Position numbers and translations under genes: made by a program. 46,698 bases of DNA, taken from assembly GCA_964630525.1 (NCBI GenBank), contig CAZVUY010000003.1, forward strand, positions 1 to 46,698, written 5' to 3'. Of the stretch, positions 25,736 through 34,163 are shown piece by piece. The DNA comes from an uncultured Candidatus Saccharibacteria bacterium. GTDB taxonomy: Bacteria; Patescibacteriota; Minisyncoccia; Phycocordibacterales; WO2-35-19. Position 1 is the stretch's first letter, and the number at the start of each line of letters is the position of its first letter. Below the pieces are notes generated by a model. That model had not been told where the DNA came from. It saw only the letters and a list, made by a program, of their open reading frames with translations, and made no database searches.

Positions 25736-26869
25736 CTAGGATACCGATACTCGCAGACCGGAAGTATTCAATTTCCAATCAACCAGTCGGGAGTTGCCGT
25801 ATACTCTGTTTTTAAGCTTGGCTCTGAGCTGGTCTCCTTGCTCAGGGTCCTTGGAAACAAAAAGACAGTAGCCCCCTCCTCCGGCGCCCAGCAATTTTGC
25901 TGAACCATAAAGATCGCTAGTTTCCTGGAGGAGTGTTCTAATATCTCCATTAGTGACACTTGGATCTATCCTCTGGTTGGCTTCCCACGACTCTGCAACT
26001 ATCGAGATCAACTTTTCCAGGTTTCTTTGCGAAATGGCCAACCTGGCCTCATTTGCTAGGTTTCCAATCTCCTGGTGCAATCGCAAATATTCAGCATCTC
26101 CTTGGTTGACTCGCTGGACGACCTTTTTAAGGATGTCGTGCGCCAGCCTACTGATCCCGGTGTAGTAGAGGGTAAAGCATCTACGGTATTCTGGATCCGT
26201 GAACAGGTAATCATCCAGTTTTTCCACTACCGGGTTGACTTGGTCTTCAGCAGGTTGGCTTATGGCGTATTTTACTCCACCAATCATGCCGCCAATCTGA
26301 TCTTGCCAACCACCGCCAGTGGTCAGCATTTGTTCGACCGCCAATACCTCATTGCAGAGGATATCGGCAGTTGTTTTGAGACCTAGCAGACGGTGGAATG
26401 CTCCTAAGACCGTAGCGGTCAGTATTGACGAAACTCCCAAGCCCGACCCTTTTGGGACCGAGACGAAAGTGGTGATATCAAACCCACCGCCAATTTCTGT
26501 CAAGCACGACCTCAATCTTCCGTATCTTCCGTAGTTAAAACCTAGAAAATGAAGAGACGCTCGAATGATCCCAAAAGGCGATTTAGGATCACGATGGTTA
26601 TCCAATTGGGCCAACGTATTGACCTCTTCTGTGACCCCAAGATCGATGGAAGAAATCTTTATTCTGTTTTTAGTGTCCCTCCTAATGTAGGTTTGGACTG
26701 GCAGCTCATCATTGAGTTCTACCGCCAGGTTGACTACCTTGCCTCCGTATTTGAAAGTATACGGAGGAGTATCTGTCCAGCCACCAGCGAGGTCTAGCCT
26801 CACCGGAGATCTAGACCAAATGTACTGGTCTTCTAGTATGTTAATGTGCAAGTTAATTCTCCTTAGCAA
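25736..26869 (-). CDS. GHMP-family sugar kinase, L-fucokinase-like
   Basis: 377 aa. Motifs SRSPVRLDLAGGWTDTPPY (fucokinase-type), GHMP motif PKGSGLGVSSILTA, and C-terminal LLGAGGGGY. Confidence 0.8.
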   Translation of the reverse strand: MLRRINLHINILEDQYIWSRSPVRLDLAGGWTDTPPYTFKYGGKVVNLAVELNDELPVQTYIRRDTKNRIKISSIDLGVTEEVNTLAQLDNHRDPKSPFGIIRASLHFLGFNYGRYGRLRSCLTEIGGGFDITTFVSVPKGSGLGVSSILTATVLGAFHRLLGLKTTADILCNEVLAVEQMLTTGGGWQDQIGGMIGGVKYAISQPAEDQVNPVVEKLDDYLFTDPEYRRCFTLYYTGISRLAHDILKKVVQRVNQGDAEYLRLHQEIGNLANEARLAISQRNLEKLISIVAESWEANQRIDPSVTNGDIRTLLQETSDLYGSAKLLGAGGGGYCLFVSKDPEQGDQLRAKLKNRVYGNSRLVDWKLNTSGLRVSVS

Positions 26870-26926
26870 TTTTTAGCATCTCTTAAATTGAATTACAAGG
26901 ACGTTTATGTCATTATCTATTGCATT

Positions 26927-27991
26927 ATGAAAATCTGTTGGTTTGGCATATATAAGCCTGACTTCTCGAGGAATCGGATTTACATCAAGGGATTAAAAAA
27001 ACTTGGGGTACAAATCATGGAGTGTCGCGATGATTCTGTAGGTTTTCTTAAATATCTTAAATTATTTTGGAAGCACTGGCAGTTGAGAGATGATTATGAT
27101 TTTTTAGTGGTGGGCTACCCGGGGCATCCGACAGTTTGGTTGGCGAAACTGATTTCAAATAGGCCAGTGATTTTTGATGCTCTCTGTACTATGGAAGAAG
27201 GGGTTGTTATTTCCCGATCTCAAGCTGGATTTTTGGGTTTGTATGCGACCTACATTCGTTTTATCGATTGGTTGGCGGTAAGGTGTGCTGACATTATTTT
27301 AGTTGAAACCGAAGCTCAAAGAGATTTTTTTATAAAAAAATTTAAAGGTACTCATAATAAAACAAAAGTTTTGTATATAGGGGCCGATAACGATGTTTTT
27401 TATCCGGATCAATCAATTAAAAATAAATCCGAATTTACAGTAGTTTTTAGAGGTCAGTTTTTGCCGGAAGCGGGCGTGAATCATATTATTGAGGCCGCTA
27501 AAATTTTAGAAAATAATAAAATAAATTTTTTGCTGATCGGGCAAGGATTTTTAAAGGAGCAGATTGTACATCTAATAAATATATTACGATTGTCGAATTT
27601 GGAAATGATTCTGTCTGAAGGTGTGGCGCTAGATGATTTCAGAAAAATCATGTCTACTTGCCATCTCTCGCTTGGGCAACTTGAAAATCATGAGCGCTTA
27701 GCTAGAACTGTTCCCCACAAATGCTACGAAAGCATGGCTATGAAGTTGCCTTACGTGACTGCCCGAACTAGGCCAGTCGCTGAAATTTTGAAAGAGGGGG
27801 AAAGTGTGGTGTTTGTAAACCCAGCTGATCCGCAGGATTTGGCGGAGAAGATTTTGTATTTGAAAAACAACCCCGAGGTTGCCAAAAAGATAGGGGAGAA
27901 AGGGTACCAGGTTTACCTAGAGAAGTTTACTCCAGAAAAACTGGCGCAAGACATTTTGGCTATCTTAAAAACATTGAATCCTCGGAAATAA
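26927..27991 (+). CDS. Glycosyltransferase (GT-B, GT4-like)
   Basis: MKICWFGIY..., then C-terminal VPHKCYESMAMKLPYVTA and NPADPQDLAEKILYL. The start was set at ATG 26927 instead of TTG 26888. The 3' end overlaps the convergent gene by 32 nt. Confidence 0.65.
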   Translation: MKICWFGIYKPDFSRNRIYIKGLKKLGVQIMECRDDSVGFLKYLKLFWKHWQLRDDYDFLVVGYPGHPTVWLAKLISNRPVIFDALCTMEEGVVISRSQAGFLGLYATYIRFIDWLAVRCADIILVETEAQRDFFIKKFKGTHNKTKVLYIGADNDVFYPDQSIKNKSEFTVVFRGQFLPEAGVNHIIEAAKILENNKINFLLIGQGFLKEQIVHLINILRLSNLEMILSEGVALDDFRKIMSTCHLSLGQLENHERLARTVPHKCYESMAMKLPYVTARTRPVAEILKEGESVVFVNPADPQDLAEKILYLKNNPEVAKKIGEKGYQVYLEKFTPEKLAQDILAILKTLNPRK

Positions 27992-28667
27992 TAGCCCCTG
28001 TATGTTTGTCTAGCTTTTGTTGGAGGGAGCCCGAATATTTGAAGCCAAGAGACTTCAATTTTTCGTAAATAGAATCAAATGAAGGTTGGTTTTCGTAGAG
28101 CTCGGTAAATGAGGTTTCTATAATTACGGCTCGAGCTTTTTTAAAAGTTTGTTCGCCGCCAGCTATTACTTTATCTTCAAAACCTTGAACATCGACTTTG
28201 ATTAAAATTTCTTTTTCTAATCCCAAAGAATCGGTTATATCGTCTAGTCTTTTTATTTCTATTTTTTCTGTAGAGTGTTCTTTGGTGTGAGGGAAAAGTT
28301 CTTTGTGTGTTAACGACATATTCAGAATTGAAGAGCTCGGAGAATAAGCGCTTTTGTGTATAATTGTCTGGCTAGCCTTTTCTCCGAGCGCGTAATTAAA
28401 CGCTTTAAATTTAGTGTCGGCTTCAAACTCTTTTGCTAGAACAGTAAAACATTCTTTTAGTGGTTCAAACGAGTATATTTGACTCTCGGGTAGTGAAGAG
28501 CGAATTTCTTTGGCAAATTGACCTACGTTAGCACCAATATCTAAAACTGTTTTTATGCCGAGTTTTTTCCAAAGTCTAGCTATGTCGGGTTTTGGTCGAT
28601 GTCGATGAAAATCAAAACCAGTTTTTTGGATTATTTTTCTAATGGGGTTCATGCTAAAAGCATACAT
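27960..28667 (-). CDS. FkbM-family methyltransferase
   Basis: 235 aa. Motifs VLDIGANVGQF and LIKVDVQGFEDKVIAG. Confidence 0.8.
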   Translation of the reverse strand: MYAFSMNPIRKIIQKTGFDFHRHRPKPDIARLWKKLGIKTVLDIGANVGQFAKEIRSSLPESQIYSFEPLKECFTVLAKEFEADTKFKAFNYALGEKASQTIIHKSAYSPSSSILNMSLTHKELFPHTKEHSTEKIEIKRLDDITDSLGLEKEILIKVDVQGFEDKVIAGGEQTFKKARAVIIETSFTELYENQPSFDSIYEKLKSLGFKYSGSLQQKLDKHTGAIISEDSMFLR

Positions 28668-28683
28668 TAAATCTAAAATAAGT

Positions 28684-28713
28684 CAGCCCCGCCTGAGTGT
28701 TCAGACGGGGCTG
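28684..28713 (-). terminator. Strong hairpin terminator after the small minus-strand gene
   Basis: CAGCCCCG pairs with CGGGGCTG, with an inner CTGA/TCAG stem. T-runs flank both sides. Confidence 0.75.
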
Positions 28714-28718
28714 GTGTT

Positions 28719-28907
28719 TTAGTATGGCAACTCCAATTGTTCCGGAGCTTCCAAAAAGTGAGGTTGGGGTACGATGGGCTTGTCAGGTACATGGGTGAGC
28801 AGAGGACCGAGTACCTCCTTTGTCCTTACTGCTAAATTTCCGTTCAAATCTCCCTCTACGGCATTTTTCAGCCGCTCAAGGCAACCGTAAAGAGTACAAG
28901 TGCACAT
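28719..28907 (-). CDS. Small hypothetical protein (62 aa)
   Basis: An AGGAG RBS (reverse complement of 28915-28919) lies 7 nt upstream of the ATG, and the terminator sits just downstream. No family recognised. Confidence 0.5.
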   Translation of the reverse strand: MCTCTLYGCLERLKNAVEGDLNGNLAVRTKEVLGPLLTHVPDKPIVPQPHFLEAPEQLELPY

Positions 28908-28980
28908 TTTGTTCTCCTGTTAAAAATGGTATAACATTAAGAATCACATATCAATTTGGCTTAGTATCACAGCATAGTAA

Positions 28981-29511
28981 ATGAATAATGTAAAACTAAC
29001 GGAAGCAGAGACTCAGCAATTAGTTGATCTAATGAACAAGGTCACTTTTCCGGCACCACTACCTGTATTTGAAGCTTGGTGTCGTGTTTTCGGAGCCGCT
29101 TGTGCTGAGGTGGCAGTTGTGAGGCAAGGAGAGGTGGGGCCAGAACTATTTTTAGTTTATCGAGAGGATAAATTTTTTAAGGGCTGGCATATCCCTGGCT
29201 GTATTCACATGCCACACCAGGAATTCGACTTAACTTTAAAGAGGGTACTCGATAATGAGATCAAAATGGATACGGAGACACCAGTTTTTTTTGATTGGTT
29301 TGAGCGTCCGTACGGTCACCAAAATGGCCACTCTGCTCGAGGACATGAATTTTCTTTTGTTTACACTGCTTATCTGAAAGGAGGGGCTCGAGAAAATGAA
29401 AATGAAAAATTTTTTCCACTTCATAAATTACCGGAAGGTATTATGCACCATCAAATACTGATTGTTGATAAATTAGCCAAATATTTTAGCTCCGATGAAG
29501 CCAAACAATAA
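28981..29511 (+). CDS. Nudix-fold protein with a degenerate Nudix box (paralogue 1)
   Basis: 176 aa. LFLVYREDKFFKGWHIPGCIHMPHQEFDLTLKRVLDNEI resembles GX5EX7REUXEEXGU with the catalytic Glu residues replaced. Paralogous to 30577-31131. Confidence 0.55.
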   Translation: MNNVKLTEAETQQLVDLMNKVTFPAPLPVFEAWCRVFGAACAEVAVVRQGEVGPELFLVYREDKFFKGWHIPGCIHMPHQEFDLTLKRVLDNEIKMDTETPVFFDWFERPYGHQNGHSARGHEFSFVYTAYLKGGARENENEKFFPLHKLPEGIMHHQILIVDKLAKYFSSDEAKQ

Positions 29512-30517
29512 ATTAAAAGTAGGAATATTGGGCTGTGCCAATATCGCCAGGCGCTACTCAATCAAAGCTTTTCAGGCACTCGATAATGTTGAGGTCGCTT
29601 TTATAGCGAGTCGAGAGGTGAAAAAAGCTGAAGCTTGGGCTCTGGAATTTGGGATTCCAAATTTCGGTACTTATGAAGAATTGATCAACAATGGTCAGGT
29701 TGAGGCGGTCTATATACCACTACCGATTGGCTTGCATAAAGAATGGATTTTGAAAGCGGCCGAATCAAACAAACACATTATTTCAGAAAAATCCTTGGCA
29801 CCTGATTTAGAATCAGTGAAGGAAATTATAGCTGTCTGCAAGAAGAACGGAGTGGTTCTGTTTGAAAATTTTACTTGCGACTACCACCCTCAGCATCATC
29901 AAGTAGTGAAGATGATCCAAGGAGGTCAGATTGGGGAAGCGCATTCATTTTTAAGTGTCTACGGGTTCCCAATTATTGCTGATGATAATTTTAGATACAA
30001 AAAAGAATTGGGTGGCAGTGCCTTAAATGAGAGTGGAGCCTACCAAGTTTACACCGCAAGGAAACTTTTTGCCAGAGAACCTGTTTCGGTGATGGCCAAT
30101 CTAGTCTTTGATTCGAAAAGTGGGGTAGATATGTCGGGTATGGTGGTGATGGATTTTGGTAACAATCTTTCAGCGGAGTTTGTGTTTAACATGAATGCTG
30201 TTTACCAAAATCATTATTCGGTTTGGGGTACTAAGGGTTTGATTAAAGTAGGGAGAGCGTATGCGATACCACCTGATCTGAAGCCGCTTGTTGAAGTGGT
30301 CAAAAATGAAAATAGGCAAGAGACCATCACTCCGATCGAGGTGCCGGCAAGCAACCATTTTCAAGCTATTTTTGCCGATTTTGTGTCGACCATCATTTCT
30401 GCTGATAACCAAAAAATCCAATCTGTTTATGAAAGCGTCCTCAATCAGGCACGAGCGCTGGAAGCTATTAGGGTTGCAAATAAGGAAAGCAGAAAAGTAA
30501 ACTTATCGGAAATATAA
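29495..30517 (+). CDS. Gfo/Idh/MocA-family NAD(P)-dependent oxidoreductase (candidate NDP-hexose 3-ketoreductase)
   Basis: 340 aa. Rossmann motif KVGILGCANIARRY, and HIISEKSLA (an EKP-motif variant). Confidence 0.8.
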   Translation: MKPNNKLKVGILGCANIARRYSIKAFQALDNVEVAFIASREVKKAEAWALEFGIPNFGTYEELINNGQVEAVYIPLPIGLHKEWILKAAESNKHIISEKSLAPDLESVKEIIAVCKKNGVVLFENFTCDYHPQHHQVVKMIQGGQIGEAHSFLSVYGFPIIADDNFRYKKELGGSALNESGAYQVYTARKLFAREPVSVMANLVFDSKSGVDMSGMVVMDFGNNLSAEFVFNMNAVYQNHYSVWGTKGLIKVGRAYAIPPDLKPLVEVVKNENRQETITPIEVPASNHFQAIFADFVSTIISADNQKIQSVYESVLNQARALEAIRVANKESRKVNLSEI

Positions 30518-30546
30518 GAAATATGTGAGTTTGGATCAGATACGAG

Positions 30547-30570
30547 AAAGGCCTGGTTTCCCAGGCCTTT
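30547..30570. terminator. Convergent-gene terminator hairpin
   Basis: AAAGGCCTGG, loop TTTC, then CCAGGCCTTT: a perfect 10-bp stem. Confidence 0.75.
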
Positions 30571-30576
30571 GCAATG

Positions 30577-31131
30577 TTATTGATAAAGGAACAAAGAGAT
30601 GTGGGGCCAGTAACAGGCGTGGGTGGGCAGGATATCCGATGGCATTTCAGAAAACCATCCTCCTTTTTTGCCTTCTCTGGCTACTGGTTCCCCTTCAAAC
30701 TCCACTTTGTACAACGCACTAGCCAGGTGGAACCGAGGATCCTGGGGCTGATCAAAGACGTATAGCTGATCTCCCATACCGGTGATCTGGAAATTCGATC
30801 CTAGTTCTCTTGCGGTCCCGATTTGGCAGTTGTCGAGCATTTCTGTACGCGGGTAGCGAAAGAATCCTGGAAAATGCCAACCCTTGTAATACTGGTCGTC
30901 CCGATAGGTCAGGAATACCTTGCCTTCTTGGATGATGGCCAAATCAACAAAGAAGGGAACTCCTTTTACTGCCCAAGCGCAAAATACATCAAGCCCGGGG
31001 AGGTTTGGAGCTGCCGGCAAAAGCCCGAGGATCTCAATAAACGCCTTTTGAGCGAACTCGCTCTTAGGGCCTTCGCTTTTTATGCCAGCTAGCACTGCTT
31101 CCAATGCTTCGTTACATTTGTCTGTGACCAA
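30577..31131 (-). CDS. Nudix-fold protein with a degenerate Nudix box (paralogue 2)
   Basis: 184 aa. The sequence VFLTYRDDQYYKGWHFPGFFRYPRTEMLDNCQIGTARELGSN parallels paralogue 1. TTG start with AGGAGA 5 nt upstream. Confidence 0.55.
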   Translation of the reverse strand: MVTDKCNEALEAVLAGIKSEGPKSEFAQKAFIEILGLLPAAPNLPGLDVFCAWAVKGVPFFVDLAIIQEGKVFLTYRDDQYYKGWHFPGFFRYPRTEMLDNCQIGTARELGSNFQITGMGDQLYVFDQPQDPRFHLASALYKVEFEGEPVAREGKKGGWFSEMPSDILPTHACYWPHISLFLYQ

Positions 31132-31216
31132 AATGGTCTCCTTTCTGCCTTATACAATATCAGACTTATTGGTATTTGTAAAGATTTCAGATTGCTATCG
31201 GGTACCAGAACTAATC

Positions 31217-31255
31217 CAGCTCCGATCCGGGCGAAGCCGGATCAGAGCTGTTTTT
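31217..31255. terminator. 13-bp hairpin downstream of the 31268 gene, with the T5 run on the plus side
   Basis: CAGCTC-CGATCCGG, loop GCGAAG, CCGGATC-AGAGCTG, then TTTTT. Confidence 0.4.
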
Positions 31256-31267
31256 GGTCGGGATCGT

Positions 31268-31645
31268 TTACTGAGGGTCTTTGGTCCACACTTGGTTGGG
31301 TCTGTCCTGGCCACGAGTTGTAAAAAAGAAAACGACTCTCGATTGAGTCAGATTGGCCAAGGCCTGCGCCGACTCTTGAGCTATCGGAATCCCGACGCCT
31401 ATCTTCGCATCTTCCCAGCTCGATGCTGGGCGGAACTCTGTGGTAAGCAACAAATGTCCCTTGGTGAATGGTTGAAAGATTTCCCGGACGGTCTGGATAG
31501 ACACACCCCTTCTTTGGAAGAATTCGGATGTGCCCTCCGCACCTTCCTTGCCCAACTTTTCGAGATCGATATCTCCATCGAACTCGCGATACCAGGACAT
31601 GTCATGCATTGGCTTCACATAAAAAACGATAGCGATAGTTCGCAT
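31268..31645 (-). CDS. Hypothetical protein (125 aa)
   Basis: An AGAGGTGA RBS lies upstream. It is co-oriented with its neighbours. The antisense 200-aa ORF looks like R/S/L-rich noise. Confidence 0.5.
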   Translation of the reverse strand: MRTIAIVFYVKPMHDMSWYREFDGDIDLEKLGKEGAEGTSEFFQRRGVSIQTVREIFQPFTKGHLLLTTEFRPASSWEDAKIGVGIPIAQESAQALANLTQSRVVFFFTTRGQDRPNQVWTKDPQ

Positions 31646-31705
31646 TGGTCACCTCTTTCTGCACTATATCATATCGTATCTTAAAAAGCAAGTACGGAGC
31701 AAGAA

Positions 31706-32443
31706 TTATATGCTTCCAAAAACAGAGCGGGCGAGGGCGTTGATGGCGAGGTCGAGTTTAAGTAATTTTTTTATTTGAGGCAGAGTAAGCCAGATAAAAT
31801 CCTCAGGATGATCGATGGTATCGGTTTCTGGTACTTCGACGATCATACAGCGGTTGGTTTTCAAATAGAAGCGACTTGGATCCTCGACGTGTTCTACATT
31901 GGTAATGATCCTGCCTTTACCACCTTCTTCAAAATATTCGGCAAACAAAGGTTTGTTGCCCCCGTGCGCTCTGGCCAAATTGCTGGCAGTGGCTTGGAGA
32001 GTCGGAGAGAGTTGTGGGTTGACGATCGCTCCTGGTTCTGATTTTGCATATAGTAAATAGTGCATTATGCCATCTCGTTTTTGACACAAGATACCCAATA
32101 TTCCACATTCATTTTGCTTTAAGATGGGCTGGCTCCAAGAAGTGACTTCTCGGCCACTGGCACCTTCAACCTTGATCCCAAGGACGGTGAAAAACTTACC
32201 AGACTCATGCATAACATTGCCAGTTTCTGGATGGGACAACCATTTGCCAACTTCTTTTAGAGGTATTTCGGAGACTTTGACTGAATAAGCCTTGCGCTTG
32301 TTTTCAAGCCAATCGATTACTTTGGTAATATCAGACTTGTCTTGAGCCTCTAAAACTTGGGATAGTTGTTCTACCTCTACCTCTATTTCGGGGGTTATTT
32401 TGTAGCCCTTGGCTTTGATTAGTTTTAGTATTTCCTCGTACAT
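31706..32443 (-). CDS. NDP-hexose 2,3-dehydratase family protein (EvaA/TylX3-like), single-domain form
   Basis: 245 aa. GKFFTVLGIKV...WSQPILKQNECGILGILCQKRDGIMHYLLYAKSEPGAIVNPQLSPTLQATASNL matches the Hexose_dehydrat repeat as I recall it. Canonical enzymes carry two such repeats. Confidence 0.7.
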   Translation of the reverse strand: MYEEILKLIKAKGYKITPEIEVEVEQLSQVLEAQDKSDITKVIDWLENKRKAYSVKVSEIPLKEVGKWLSHPETGNVMHESGKFFTVLGIKVEGASGREVTSWSQPILKQNECGILGILCQKRDGIMHYLLYAKSEPGAIVNPQLSPTLQATASNLARAHGGNKPLFAEYFEEGGKGRIITNVEHVEDPSRFYLKTNRCMIVEVPETDTIDHPEDFIWLTLPQIKKLLKLDLAINALARSVFGSI

Positions 32444-32444
32444 T

Positions 32445-33407
32445 TTATTCTTCGATGGCTACTCCTTTCAAGTTTCTAATAAATACGGTAATTTTTTGTT
32501 TTATTAATCTTGGTAAGATTGGTTTGTCGATGAAGCCGTGGGTCCAACTACCTTTAAGGCTGGTCATTCTCTTCCAGCCGGTTTGCAGTAAATTGCTGTA
32601 AATTTTATAAAGGTCTTGCCTGAATACATAGATTGGTAGTGGCTTGATCTGATCGCCATCTATATAAAACTTTATGCGATGAAAATGGTAGCATATCAAC
32701 GGGTCTTTATCAATGTAAAAATTGCCATTTTTATCTTTAGAAATAACCCAATTATTAATATTCCAACTGCCGGTGTTGATGCCTTTTTCGGTAATTTCAT
32801 AAACGCCCCGGTATCGAGTGGGCCATTTCATAATGTATTTTTGGTCACCAAATCTTTCTTTTTCGTAGATTAAATAACACCATTCTATGCAGTCCTTTCG
32901 CCAATCATCGATACACTGTCTTGAATTTGAATCCAAAATAAAATACAAGAGTCCAGCATTATATTTGCCAACCTTTTCGTTCATTTCGATTTTGCTTGGC
33001 GGAAAATGGTGAGGAGAAATACCAATTGTCTGACTGTTGGCTCTCATCTTCCCAAACAAGCCTTCTGGCGATTGGAAATAAATAACATCATTGTCAGCAA
33101 AGATTAAATTTTCACCATCTGGCAATTTATCAGCTATAAATTTTACGAAAGCCGATTTGGTTGTAAAAGCAAATTCAGCCACACTACGGTTGCTCCTGGT
33201 GGCTTCCAGTTCAGTATCTTTCATTTCCGGTATTGATACCAAGCTGGTGTTTGGTAGCTTTAATTCGCTCATAATATCTTTGGTTTCTTGATCGAGACAG
33301 AGGAACCAAAAATGAAGATCGGCTCTCGTATTAAGGAGGGCATTATAAAAAGCCAGAGTTCTGACTATATAATTTTTATCAAAAATGGTGGCGACATTTA
33401 CTTTCAT
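32445..33407 (-). CDS. Putative nucleotide-diphospho-sugar transferase (GT-A, GT8-like)
   Basis: 320 aa. Motifs VATIFDKNYIVRTLAFYNAL and FADNDVIYF (DxD-like). Confidence 0.5.
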   Translation of the reverse strand: MKVNVATIFDKNYIVRTLAFYNALLNTRADLHFWFLCLDQETKDIMSELKLPNTSLVSIPEMKDTELEATRSNRSVAEFAFTTKSAFVKFIADKLPDGENLIFADNDVIYFQSPEGLFGKMRANSQTIGISPHHFPPSKIEMNEKVGKYNAGLLYFILDSNSRQCIDDWRKDCIEWCYLIYEKERFGDQKYIMKWPTRYRGVYEITEKGINTGSWNINNWVISKDKNGNFYIDKDPLICYHFHRIKFYIDGDQIKPLPIYVFRQDLYKIYSNLLQTGWKRMTSLKGSWTHGFIDKPILPRLIKQKITVFIRNLKGVAIEE

Positions 33408-33409
33408 AA

Positions 33410-34138
33410 TTAACGATAGAAAAGAAAGTCATGATTATCTAAAGTAAAAGCTCGGAAACCAAAGTTTTTGATTTTGGTCACCATGGCCAAAGTGTCTTGT
33501 TTTGAGTATTGAGGCAGGGCGTGGTGGTGAAATTCGATAAAGATTTCATCATATTTTTCTAAATCTGATTGTTTTAAGTTTTTGATCAACTCATATTCGG
33601 CGCCTTCAATGTCGAGTTTGAGGTATTTTATTTTGGTCAAATTTAATTTAGCAGGCAATTCTTTCAGGGTGACAGACTCGACTTCGTATTCGACCGTTTT
33701 TTTGTCTCTGATGTTAATGTGTTCTTTCATTATTGAGCCGCTGACGCTAGCCACACTTTCATTGAATTTTATTTTGCCGGCAAAATTGCTTACTGCCCAC
33801 ATCTGGTGGCTAAATTTTTTATCTGATTTTTTCGAAAGTTCGGCCAAGCTTTTCTGGTGTTTTAAGGTTGGGTCGATACCGATAGCGTGCAGCCCATAAT
33901 GTTTGATCATATAAAAAGAAAAATCAGCATCATAACCACACCCCACATCGACTATTGTATCTTCTGGCGAGAACTCGCTTTTATAGATGTATAAATTTGG
34001 TAATTTAAGATCAGGCTGTACTATATGGATCCCTAAAAACCAAGCTCTTAAAGCTCGTACTTTTTTGAATAAGTTAGGAAAAAAGGAAAAGACAAAAATC
34101 TTAATTTTAACGGGAATGATTTTTTTGAATAACTGCAT
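33410..34138 (-). CDS. FkbM-family methyltransferase
   Basis: 242 aa. Motifs IVDVGCGYDADFS and YLKLDIEGAEYELI. Confidence 0.75.
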   Translation of the reverse strand: MQLFKKIIPVKIKIFVFSFFPNLFKKVRALRAWFLGIHIVQPDLKLPNLYIYKSEFSPEDTIVDVGCGYDADFSFYMIKHYGLHAIGIDPTLKHQKSLAELSKKSDKKFSHQMWAVSNFAGKIKFNESVASVSGSIMKEHINIRDKKTVEYEVESVTLKELPAKLNLTKIKYLKLDIEGAEYELIKNLKQSDLEKYDEIFIEFHHHALPQYSKQDTLAMVTKIKNFGFRAFTLDNHDFLFYR

Positions 34139-34163
34139 TTTCTGGAGTATACAGTCTTTTCAC

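Noticed and set aside
31082-31684. 200-aa plus-strand ORF
   Set aside because: It has R/S/L-rich sequence with no motifs. It overlaps the start of the 30577-31131 gene and all of the RBS-supported minus-strand ORF 31268-31645.
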